Shown: piece by piece, positions 39,632 through 48,343 of the stretch
Position numbering within the stretch: the stretch's first letter is position 1
How the letters are laid out: every line of letters begins with the position of its first letter
Notes under the pieces: model-generated
What the model saw: only the letters and a program-made list of their open reading frames with translations
Database searches by the model: none
What the model was told of the DNA's origin: nothing
NCBI GenBank assembly: GCA_016184105.1
Contig: JACPDI010000037.1
Span: 25,031 to 89,030 of the forward strand
Direction: 5' to 3'
DNA length: 64,000 nucleotides
DNA from: Acidobacteriota bacterium
GTDB taxonomy: Bacteria > Acidobacteriota > Vicinamibacteria > Vicinamibacterales > 2-12-FULL-66-21
Program-made: the position numbers and the translations under genes

Positions 39632-41038
39632 ATGATGGCCACCTACGACCTCGTGATTGTCGGCGGAGGCGCCGGCGCCTTCGCCGCGGCGATTCGTGCC
39701 GACGAACTGGGCGCGAAGACGGCCCTCGTCAACAGCGGCCTGCCACTGGGCGGCACCTGCGTCAACGTCGGGTGCGTGCCGTCGAAGGCGCTCCTCTGGG
39801 CCGGGGAGATCGCGCACGCCGCGCGCCACCACGGCGTGCCGGGCATCGAGATCGACTCGCCGCGCGTCGACTTCGCCACCCTCGTCCGTGACGAGCTGGC
39901 GCTGGTAGACCGGCTCCGTGCCGAGAAGTACGAGCACGTGCTCGCGGGGCTCCGCCGCGTCACGCACATCGAGGGCAAGGGACGCTTCGTCTCGCCGCGC
40001 GAGATCGAGGTGAACGGCGGCCGGGTGAAGGGGGCAAAGTTCATCATCGCCACCGGCTCGACGGCGACCGTGCCGCCGATCGATGGCCTCGCCACGGCGG
40101 GGTTCATCACGCACATCGAGGCGCTGCGCCTGGAGCGCCCGCCCGCCACCCTGCTCGTCATCGGCGCCGGCGCGCTCGGACTGGAGTTCGCGCAGTTGTT
40201 CGCGCGGTTCGGCACCCAGGTGACGGTCCTCCAGCGCGGCGCGACGATCTTTCCACGGACCGAGCCCCGGCTCGCACGGCGGCTGATGGAAGTGCTCGCG
40301 CGCGAGAACATCACGGTCGTGACCGATGCCGCCGTGCGGTCGGTCGAGTGCGGGGGTGGACGCAAGCGCGCCAGCTACGAGGCGGACGGCGCAACGCGGG
40401 GGATCGTGGTCGACGAGATCCTGCTGGCCGCAGGCAAGACGCCCAACACGTCCGGCCTTGGCCTGCGGAGCGCCGGGGTGCGGAGCGACGGCCGGGGCGC
40501 GATCCGCGTCGACAGCACGTTCCGCACGAGCGAGCCCGACATCTTCGCCGTGGGCGACGTCGCGGCGCTGCCGATGCGCCTGGAGATCACGGCCGCGCGG
40601 GAGGGCACGCTCGCGGCCGAGAACGCGCTCCAGCGATCCGCCCGGACCCTCGACTACGACACGGTGCCGTACACGGTATTCACGGATCCGCAATTGGCCG
40701 GCGCCGGCCTCACGGAAGACGCGCAGCTGCAGCGGCTCGGCGCGTGCGAATGCCGGACGCTCTCGTTCGAGGCGGTGCCGAAGGCGATCATCATGCGGCG
40801 CACCGAGGGGCTGATCAAGATGACCGTACACCCGCAGACCAAGCAGGTGATGGGCGTGCACATCCTCGCGCCGCAGGCGGGCGAGCTTGCCGCGCAGGCG
40901 GCGCTCATCGTCGGCCGGGGGCTGACGCTGCACGAGGTCGCCGACTCGCTTCCGATGTTCCCGACGCTCTCGGAGGCGATCAAGCTGGTCGCGATGTCGT
41001 TCACGCATGACGTGTCGAAGATGAGCTGCTGCGTCTGA
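39632..41038 (+). CDS. merA: Mercuric reductase (no N-terminal NmerA domain)
   Basis: GGGAG, GGTCVNVGCVPSK, FPTLSEAIKL, C-terminal vicinal SCCV; lies in a merR-T-P context. Confidence 0.9.
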   Translation: MMATYDLVIVGGGAGAFAAAIRADELGAKTALVNSGLPLGGTCVNVGCVPSKALLWAGEIAHAARHHGVPGIEIDSPRVDFATLVRDELALVDRLRAEKYEHVLAGLRRVTHIEGKGRFVSPREIEVNGGRVKGAKFIIATGSTATVPPIDGLATAGFITHIEALRLERPPATLLVIGAGALGLEFAQLFARFGTQVTVLQRGATIFPRTEPRLARRLMEVLARENITVVTDAAVRSVECGGGRKRASYEADGATRGIVVDEILLAAGKTPNTSGLGLRSAGVRSDGRGAIRVDSTFRTSEPDIFAVGDVAALPMRLEITAAREGTLAAENALQRSARTLDYDTVPYTVFTDPQLAGAGLTEDAQLQRLGACECRTLSFEAVPKAIIMRRTEGLIKMTVHPQTKQVMGVHILAPQAGELAAQAALIVGRGLTLHEVADSLPMFPTLSEAIKLVAMSFTHDVSKMSCCV

Positions 41039-41181
41039 GTCGAGCTGTGAGCCGGGTCACAGGCGACGCGAATGACGTGGCCGCCCCGTAACGCCTCTCC
41101 AGCCGCACGGACTGTTCAGCAGATACCGCTGGCGGGCCGCGTGAGGCGGCAGGCTGGCGACAGCCTCGAGGAGTGACCGTC

Positions 41182-41466
41182 ATGCGCAGACATCTGGCGT
41201 CCATCGGGATCGCCACCGCCTTGCTCGCCACCACCGCCGCCGCGTCGTTCGCGCCGGCCAGGTACCTGCCGGCTTATGACGGCTTCTCCGCCACGGGAGT
41301 GTCGATGGGCGTGAAGCTCCGGTCGAATCCCAGGGTGTTCGCGCTCCGGAACGGGCGCACGTACTTGTTTTCGGATGCCCAGGCGAAAGCAGCGTTCGAG
41401 GAGGACGCGGCCGGCGTCATCGCGAAGGCCGACGCCAACTGGCCGGCCGTCAAGCGACGGAAGTGA
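41182..41466 (+). CDS. Small secreted YHS-domain-like protein (half-length)
   Basis: YLPAYDGFSATGVSMG.K...NGRTYLF...ADANWP matches the second half of YHS (seleno)proteins. Confidence 0.65.
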   Translation: MRRHLASIGIATALLATTAAASFAPARYLPAYDGFSATGVSMGVKLRSNPRVFALRNGRTYLFSDAQAKAAFEEDAAGVIAKADANWPAVKRRK

Positions 41467-42776
41467 CGCGGCTGCCGGCCAGCGCGGCGCGCGGCCCCGC
41501 GTGGACTGGGCTGGTGGCGCCGGCCGCGACGATCGCTGCAGCGTTCTGGGCTCTCGCGTGGCTGGCGCCGCAGTCCGGCGAGCCGCTGTTCATGGCGGCC
41601 GTCGCGGTTGCGGTCGCCGGCTACGTGTGGGCGGCCGTTCGGCTCGTCGCGAACGGCGCCCTGGAGACGCGCGCGCTCGTCATCTGCTGCGCGCTCGCGC
41701 TGTCCTGGCGCGCGCCGATGCTGGCGCTGCCCGACGCGACGGCGCACGATGCCGTGCGGTACCTGTGGGATGCGCGTGTCTCGTCGGCCGGCCTGAGCCC
41801 GTACGAAACCCGTCCTGACGACGAGGCGCTCGCGGCGCTGCATTCCGAGGTGACGCGCGGCGTGGATGCTGCGTGGCTGCCGACGATCTATCCGCCGGCG
41901 GCGCAGGTCTACTTTCGCCTGGTGACCGCCGTACGCGAATCGATCACGGGGTTCCGGGTGGCCGCGCTGGTGAGCGACGCGGCGATCGTGCTGGTCCTCG
42001 TCCTGATTCTCCGCGCGACGGGGCGGCCGGTGGGATGGGCGCTCCTCTACGCCTGGCATCCACTCGTGCCGCTCGAAGGCGCCTCCGGCGCCCATTTGGA
42101 TTTTGCCGGCGCGCTCGCGCTGGTCGTGTCGTGGCTGGCGCTCCTGCACAGACGGCCGACCCTCGCCGCCCTCGCGTTCGCCGCGGCCGTGATGGTCAAG
42201 CCGCTGCCGATCGTGCTCGCGCCGCTGTACTGGCGCAGGATTCGCCTGCGCGACGCGGCGCTGGCCGCCGCCGCCGCCCTGGCCGTCACGGCCTGGATCG
42301 CGCGCGGAGACGTGCCGCTCGGATCGATGGGGACCTTCGTGGACGTCTTCCGCTTCAACGGCCCGCTGTTCGAGGCGATGCGCGGCATCGCGCCACCCAG
42401 GGCCATCGCCGCCGTTGCGGTGAGCACCGGACTTATCGTCGCGATCTGGCTGCGGAAGACCCGCGAGGTCGGCGCGCCAGAGGCCTGGGCCTGGCCGATG
42501 TCGCTCGCGCTGCTCGCGTCCCCCGTCATTTATCCGTGGTACCTGGTCTGGTTGATTCCGTTCGCCACCAGCCGGACGGCGCTCCCCGTGTGGGCCTGGA
42601 CGCTCAGCGTGCTCGCGGTCTATCCGGTGTGGTACCTGCGGCGGCTGGGCGCGCCGTTCGCGGTCCCGCCCCTGCTGCTGCTCGTGGAGTTCGCCCTGCC
42701 TGCGGCCGCGGTGCTGTACGTGCTCGCGAACCGGGCGGTGGCTGCTCCCCGCGCGGCGGGTGCCGCCCATGGATAA
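41463..42776 (+). CDS. GT-C fold membrane glycosyltransferase (GT87/DUF2029-like)
   Basis: DAVRYLWD, SPY, PTIYPP, YAWHPL...GAHLD, FNGP, PWYLVW; multi-TM. Confidence 0.8.
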   Translation: MTRLPASAARGPAWTGLVAPAATIAAAFWALAWLAPQSGEPLFMAAVAVAVAGYVWAAVRLVANGALETRALVICCALALSWRAPMLALPDATAHDAVRYLWDARVSSAGLSPYETRPDDEALAALHSEVTRGVDAAWLPTIYPPAAQVYFRLVTAVRESITGFRVAALVSDAAIVLVLVLILRATGRPVGWALLYAWHPLVPLEGASGAHLDFAGALALVVSWLALLHRRPTLAALAFAAAVMVKPLPIVLAPLYWRRIRLRDAALAAAAALAVTAWIARGDVPLGSMGTFVDVFRFNGPLFEAMRGIAPPRAIAAVAVSTGLIVAIWLRKTREVGAPEAWAWPMSLALLASPVIYPWYLVWLIPFATSRTALPVWAWTLSVLAVYPVWYLRRLGAPFAVPPLLLLVEFALPAAAVLYVLANRAVAAPRAAGAAHG

Positions 42777-43467
42777 CGGTCTCCGCGTGCGCGTCGTCGT
42801 GCCGGCCCTGAACGAGGCCGGCTCGATCGTGGCGCTGATCCGGCGCGTGCCGTGCCCGCCGGGCGCGGTGATTGTCGCGGACAACGGCTCGACGGACGGC
42901 ACCGCGGCGCTCGCCGAAGAAGCGGGGGCGCGGGTGGTTCGGGTTCCGCGGCGGGGGTACGGCCGCGCATGCCTCGCGGGCATCGCAGCCGACCCGGGCG
43001 CGGACGTGTTCGTGTTCGTTGACGCCGATCTCAGCGAGGATCCGGCGGAGATGCCACGCCTCGTCGATCCCATCGCGAGCGGGGAGGCGGACCTCGTGCT
43101 CGGAGCGCGCGGCGGGCGCGGCCGGCCCTGGCACGCGCGGCTCGGCACGACGCTCTGCGTCTGGCTGATCAACCGCCTGTGGCGGACCCGCTATACGGAC
43201 CTCGGGCCGTTCCGCGCGATCCGCGGCTCGTCGCTGCGGGCGTTGGACATGCGCGACGAGACGTGGGGCTGGACGATCGAGATGCAGGTGAAGGCGGCCG
43301 AGCGCGCCTTTCGCACGGTGGAAGTGCCGGTGGCGTCCGGCCCACGCGCGGCCGGACGCTCCAAGATCTCGGGTTCGCTCACGGGCAGCGTGCGAGCCGC
43401 GGCGCGGATGCTCGAGATCATCGCGCGCCTGCGGCTGACACGGCGCTATCGCGGCCGCACGGGCTGA
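42769..43467 (+). CDS. GT2 family glycosyltransferase (DPM/DPG synthase-like)
   Basis: VVPALNE, DNGSTDGT, GYGRAC, FVDAD, TDLGPFRAI, GWTIEMQ, GRSKISG. Confidence 0.9.
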   Translation: MDNGLRVRVVVPALNEAGSIVALIRRVPCPPGAVIVADNGSTDGTAALAEEAGARVVRVPRRGYGRACLAGIAADPGADVFVFVDADLSEDPAEMPRLVDPIASGEADLVLGARGGRGRPWHARLGTTLCVWLINRLWRTRYTDLGPFRAIRGSSLRALDMRDETWGWTIEMQVKAAERAFRTVEVPVASGPRAAGRSKISGSLTGSVRAAARMLEIIARLRLTRRYRGRTG

Positions 43468-43474
43468 GCGCGAA

Positions 43475-44557
43475 CTATCGCTTCACCCGCTCGCGGTCGA
43501 GCGGCCTGAGGGCGACGGTCCAGGTCAGTGGCACCGACTGCGGCATGTAGCAGATCTTGTCATCGCACGCCTGGTAGTTGAGCGTGGCGGCGATGGTGAG
43601 GCCGGTCTTCCCGGCGAGCGCGGCTTGCGCCTCGCGCGACGGGTCCACCATGACGTCCTGCACGATCCGGAACGGCCGCTGGAACACCTGCACGCGTTCG
43701 TTGAGCGGCTCGAACACGTACTCCTCTGAGGGCGGGAAGTGGCTGTCGCGCACCACGAGGCCCGGCTGCGGCTGCACGCTGAGCGCGATCGGTTTGTACC
43801 CCGTCACCCCCGGGGCGTACACATGGATCTTCGGCAGCGGCACGATGTCGAGCACGAGTGAAAAGCGCGTCCCCGGCGCGGCGACCGCGTCGGTGGCATA
43901 CGACGTGATTGCAAGGTGCGGCGCCGTGATCTTCGTCGCGGTCGCGTTCACCTGGCCGCCGAGCCGGACGAGCACGCTGCTGATCGTGTTGCGCTCCTCG
44001 TAGCTCCGCTCGAAGAATCGCGCCGTGACGACTCCCGCCCGGTCGATCACGAACGTGCCCGGGAACGGGTAGCCGTAAGCGGGATTTGTTTCGGGGACCG
44101 TCGTGTTCAGGATGCCGTACCGCTTGATCGTTGCGGATCCCTCGTCAGACAAGAGAGGGAAGGTGATACCGCGACGCGCGGCGAACTCCGCGAGGACCGG
44201 CACGGGGTCGTAGGTGACCACGGTGAGCCCCATGCCGCTCTTCCGAACGTCATCCAGCCGTCCTTGCAGCTCCACGAGCTGCGTCTTGCAGTAGGGTCAC
44301 CAGTCGGCGGAGCGGGAGAAGACCAGGACGAGCCCCTGTTCGCCCATCAGCGACGACAGGCTGCGCCGGCGCCCCGCCTGATCCGGCAGCGTGAAGTCCG
44401 GCACCTTCTCGCCGACCTGAGGGCCCAACCGCGTCACATCGATCACAGGACCAGTCCTCGCGGGTCCGGGCTGTTGCGGATCGCTCCACGCCACGCTCCC
44501 GTTCACATGAATCCAGAACACAACAGCGGCGGCCAGCAGTCTCGAGCGCGTGTGCAT
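43475..44557 (-). CDS. Selenoprotein: AhpC/TSA peroxiredoxin-like domain (UxxC) plus DsbD N-terminal-like domain, 360 aa
   Basis: ORFs 44297-44557 and 43475-44275 are in frame across TGA 44297-44299: FSRSADW-U-PYCKTQLVEL; SECIS-like hairpin follows. Confidence 0.88.
44266..44282 (-). promoter_or_regulatory. Putative bacterial SECIS element
   Basis: GCAGCT-CGTGG-AGCTGC; the loop starts 20 nt after UGA. Confidence 0.75.
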
Positions 44558-44596
44558 TGGCCGTCACAGTGTATCCAACCTGACCGCGCGGCGCGA

Positions 44597-44622
44597 GGGC
44601 GGACCTGAAAGGTCCGCCCCAC
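44597..44622. repeat. REP-like palindrome
   Basis: 10-bp stem GGGCGGACCT-GAA-AGGTCCGCCC with a GTGG foot on the minus strand. Confidence 0.6.
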
Positions 44623-44857
44623 AGGCGCCGGTCCGTTGACGGCACCTGTGAACAGGCTCACAGTCGCTCGCATCCTGGCGCCCGAGCGCGTAAGATGAAG
44701 GAATGGAACTGCTCGCACGCATCTGGCGCGGAGCCGCGGCGTTCGTGCGGGCTCTCTACGCCAACCCGCCCGGCTGTTGAGCCATGAGCGTGCGGTCTCT
44801 GGATCGAGACCGGCATCCGTTCCTGTCCGCTCGCCGGTAGCGGGCGAGCCGAGCGAC

Positions 44858-45388
44858 CTAAAACTCCTGTACCCGGTCCCCGCACGCCGCGCCGGCGTGG
44901 CAGCCGTACGCGAGCGCCACCGCGACGCCATATGCCAGGTGCGCGAGCAGGCTCGCGACGGCGGCGCTTGCGCCCAGATTCAACGCCAGGAAGCCCGGCC
45001 CGTCGCCGGTTCCGCCGGCCGCCGCGATCGCGCCCAGCAGAGGCACCGCGACCGCCTGCGCGAACGCCCATAACCCAAGACCCAGCATGAGGCCGCCGTA
45101 GGCCGCTCTCACTTTCAGGCGCGGCTCGATCCGGAATGCATAGAGGAGAGCGTAGGCCGATCCCACGAGGACGTGGAGCGCGAGACCGAGGGCCGCCGCG
45201 TGCGCCGCATCGCGGACAAACAGGCGGGCCACCCAGATCGGCAGCTCCACCTGGCTGATTCCCAGCGCCGGCAGGACGTACATGATGATCGTCATCGCCA
45301 GCGTCCCGAGAAACCCACTTGCCAGGGCGACGGCGACGTCCACGTGCGCTCGAGCGGCCACGCGCGCGGCGATTCGCTGTGTATGCAT
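44858..45388 (-). CDS. Four-helix membrane protein (DUF6789/DUF1440-like)
   Basis: GFLGTLAMT, GLALHVLVG, SLLAHLAYG with intramembrane His residues. Confidence 0.65.
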   Translation of the reverse strand: MHTQRIAARVAARAHVDVAVALASGFLGTLAMTIIMYVLPALGISQVELPIWVARLFVRDAAHAAALGLALHVLVGSAYALLYAFRIEPRLKVRAAYGGLMLGLGLWAFAQAVAVPLLGAIAAAGGTGDGPGFLALNLGASAAVASLLAHLAYGVAVALAYGCHAGAACGDRVQEF

Positions 45389-45656
45389 GGGCACCGGTGT
45401 GTCCTTTCCGCGGTCGCGCTCCCAGCGACAGCTCTCAATCGTGAAGTCCCGCGGCCGCCGCCGTGCGTTACCGCGGCGGCGTGATGGAACGCCAAGACCG
45501 TGAGCCTTCTCACACCAGGCGGCTCGCGCGGCGGACGCCTGCGCCCGCTGGCGACGGGCGATGTAACGCATCGGGCGGCGCCGGGACTCTCAATACAGGG
45601 CGCACGAGGGGTATTTGCATCTTCCAGCGGATTCCGGGACGGGCCGCGACAGCGGC

Positions 45657-46925
45657 ATGGCGCACGCCGTTCTCCGGCTGTTCAGCCACGTGAAGCCGGG
45701 GGAGGCGCCGATCGCCCTGCTGATGCTGCTCAACCTGTTCCTGCTGCTCGTCGGCTACTACGTGCTGAAAACGCTGCGCGAGCCGCTCGTCCTGGCCAGC
45801 GGTGGCGCGGAGATGAAGGCGTACGCGGCCGCCGTGCAGGCGGTCGCGCTCATGGCATTCGTCCCGCTTTACAGCTGGGTGGCCGCCCGCGTCTCCCGCG
45901 CCCGGCTCATCGCCGGGCTGCTGCTGATGTTCCTCGCCAGCTTCCAGCTCTTTGCAGCCGGCGTCGCCGCCGGCTGGCCGTACGTGGGCTTCATCTTCTT
46001 CGTGTGGGTCGGCATCTTCAGCCTCGCGAGCATCGCGCAGTTCTGGTCCTACGCCAACGACCTCTACGACGTCGAGGCGGGCCAGCGGCTGTTTCCGCTC
46101 GTCGCCATCGGCGCCACGGCCGGCAGTCCCGTCGGGGCCAAGCTCGCCCAGGTGCTGTTCGACCGCGGCGCGTCGCCGCAGGTCCTCCTCCACGTCGCGA
46201 GCCTCATCATCGCCGCGCACATCGGGCTGTACTGGTTGATCGAGCGCCGCGAGCGCCACCGCGGCAGGACGCCGGCGGCGCCGATGCCTGGAGCGGGCGG
46301 GTTCCAGCTCGTGCTGCACAATCCGTATCTGCGGTGGGTGGCCTTGATTCTGCTCCTGCTGAATCTCGTGAACACGACCGGTGAGTACATCCTGGGCCGC
46401 ATGGTCCTCGGCGCGGCGGCCGGCGCCCCCGGGAGCCGCGAGGCCTTTATCGGCAGCTTCTACGGCCAGTACTTCTTCGGCGTCAACGTGGCGGCGGTCC
46501 TGCTGCAGGCATTCGCGGTGTCGCGGATCGTGAAGCACGCCGGCACGGTTGGCGCCGTGCTGATGCTGCCGCTCGTGGCGCTCGGCGCGTATGCCGCGAT
46601 CGGCGCGGGCGCGGGGTTCGCCCTCATGCGCTGGATCAAGACCGCCGAGAACGCGACCGACTACTCGGTGATGAACACGGGGCGGCAGCTGCTCTGGCTG
46701 CCGACCTCGCGCGAGGAGAAGTACAAGGCGAAGCAGGCGCTCGACACCTTCATCGTGCGGACGGGCGATCTGGTTGCCGCCGCGCTCATCTTCGCGGCCA
46801 CAACCTGGCTGGGGCTCGAGCTGCGCGGGTTTGCCTGGGTCAATGTCGGCCTGGCCGGCCTCTGGATCCTCGCATCGATTCCGCTGCTACGCAGCTTTCG
46901 CCGCCTGTGCGCGGATTGTCCGTGA
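45657..46925 (+). CDS. Npt1/Npt2 (TLC ATP/ADP translocase-like) MFS transporter
   Basis: YYVLKTLRE, QFWSYANDLY, RLFPLV, ENATDYS, EEKYKAKQALDT. Confidence 0.82.
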   Translation: MAHAVLRLFSHVKPGEAPIALLMLLNLFLLLVGYYVLKTLREPLVLASGGAEMKAYAAAVQAVALMAFVPLYSWVAARVSRARLIAGLLLMFLASFQLFAAGVAAGWPYVGFIFFVWVGIFSLASIAQFWSYANDLYDVEAGQRLFPLVAIGATAGSPVGAKLAQVLFDRGASPQVLLHVASLIIAAHIGLYWLIERRERHRGRTPAAPMPGAGGFQLVLHNPYLRWVALILLLLNLVNTTGEYILGRMVLGAAAGAPGSREAFIGSFYGQYFFGVNVAAVLLQAFAVSRIVKHAGTVGAVLMLPLVALGAYAAIGAGAGFALMRWIKTAENATDYSVMNTGRQLLWLPTSREEKYKAKQALDTFIVRTGDLVAAALIFAATTWLGLELRGFAWVNVGLAGLWILASIPLLRSFRRLCADCP

Positions 46926-46995
46926 CACGCCCCGATCGTCAGCGGCGGCCGCACGGTCAGGCCTGAATACCCTCACCGAGGGTGGCGACGATCGG

Positions 46996-48279
46996 TCAGG
47001 AGTCTGGCACACGGAGGTCCGAGAACGCGCCCGGCTCTCCCGGAGTCCGGCGACACGCCCTGGAGGCGGCGATGACGGCCATCATTCGCGTGGCCAGCAC
47101 CCACAGAACGGCGGCCGCCACCAACGCGTACGCGAGCCAGGAGACATCCACCCGCGCGGCCGCATCCGGCCGTCCCCGCAGCGAGACAAACAAGAAGAGC
47201 GCGGCCGTCCCCTCGGTCATCCGCGACACCGCCCCGTCGATGACCAGCTTTGCCGCCCCGCGGTAGGCCGGCTCGACGGGCAGGTACGCCTGTTCCCAAC
47301 TGACGCGATGGATGGACGCCTTCAGTCCCCCTTCCGCCATGCGGATGCCGGCCCGGAGCATCATCGACGCGCTGAGGATTGCCGCGGGACTGACGAGCGC
47401 CAGCGTGCCGGGCAGCACGAGCAGCGTGGCGCCGAGGCCGGCCCGCTGCTGCACCCGCGCGGTCAGAGTCAGCTGCACGGCGAAGGCTGCGAGGCTGAGC
47501 ACGAGATAGAGGTTGGCGAACAGGGCGATGCCGTGCCCGGCCGGTTCCTGCGCCGCGGCAGCGAGGTAGAACTGGAACTCCACCAGGACGCCCGCCAGCG
47601 CCCCGCACGCGCCGACGACCGCCAACAACCGGACGTAGCGATCCTTGAAAAGCTCTGCGAGGGTGTGTGGCCCGACGCGGACGAGCGCCGCTGGAGCGCG
47701 GCGGGCCGGCAAGTGCCGCCGCTGCGTCAGTGCCACGATGCACGCCGCCGCCGCGAGCGTGCCGGCCGCGATGATGAAGAGCGTGGGAGGCGCGACCGAG
47801 GAGGCGAGAAGCCGTGCGGTCGCGGCCCCCGCCAGGCTGCCTGCGAGCGACGCGGCGCCGGCGCGGCTGTACGCGCGCGCGCGCGGGGCGGGTTCGCGCG
47901 CCGCGAGGATCTCGGCGCCGAGCAGCCATGTCATCGAGAAGAGGACGCCGTAGGCGAGCGGCACGAAGAGGAAGAAGGTCGTCATCAGCGGGCCGGCGCC
48001 CGGCCGCGCGACCGACGCGTACACGAGGAGGATCGCGGCCATCGCCACCGGCGCGATCAGCCGCGCCCGCCTCGCGCCGGCCAGCCGCATCAATCCCAGC
48101 GTGGCGCCGGCAACCGGCAGCGACAGCGCCGCCATGCCCAGGTAGGCCAGCGGAAGGTCGTCGATGCCGCCCGCCTGGAAATAGAGGGCGTCGCGGCCCG
48201 TTCGCGCGAGCACGAAGCTCGCGGTCGTCAGGAACAGCGCCGCCGCCAGGCCGTTCATGCCGGACGCGCGGGTGGACAA
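46996..48279 (-). CDS. Divergent Npt1/TLC-like MFS transporter
   Basis: RDALYF, VEFQFY, EQAYLPV...AKLVIDG; about 12 TM. Start uncertain (48258 possible). Confidence 0.7.
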   Translation of the reverse strand: MSTRASGMNGLAAALFLTTASFVLARTGRDALYFQAGGIDDLPLAYLGMAALSLPVAGATLGLMRLAGARRARLIAPVAMAAILLVYASVARPGAGPLMTTFFLFVPLAYGVLFSMTWLLGAEILAAREPAPRARAYSRAGAASLAGSLAGAATARLLASSVAPPTLFIIAAGTLAAAACIVALTQRRHLPARRAPAALVRVGPHTLAELFKDRYVRLLAVVGACGALAGVLVEFQFYLAAAAQEPAGHGIALFANLYLVLSLAAFAVQLTLTARVQQRAGLGATLLVLPGTLALVSPAAILSASMMLRAGIRMAEGGLKASIHRVSWEQAYLPVEPAYRGAAKLVIDGAVSRMTEGTAALFLFVSLRGRPDAAARVDVSWLAYALVAAAVLWVLATRMMAVIAASRACRRTPGEPGAFSDLRVPDS

Positions 48280-48343
48280 CGTCTCAGTGCCGGACGGCCG
48301 CGGGACCTCGATAGTCCCGCGGCCGTTGCCAGCGCTGTCTGGC

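Noticed and set aside
41036-41061. Sec extension of MerA after SCCV
   Set aside because: SCCx-stop is the normal MerA end, and the nearby hairpin does not match the SECIS geometry seen elsewhere in the window.
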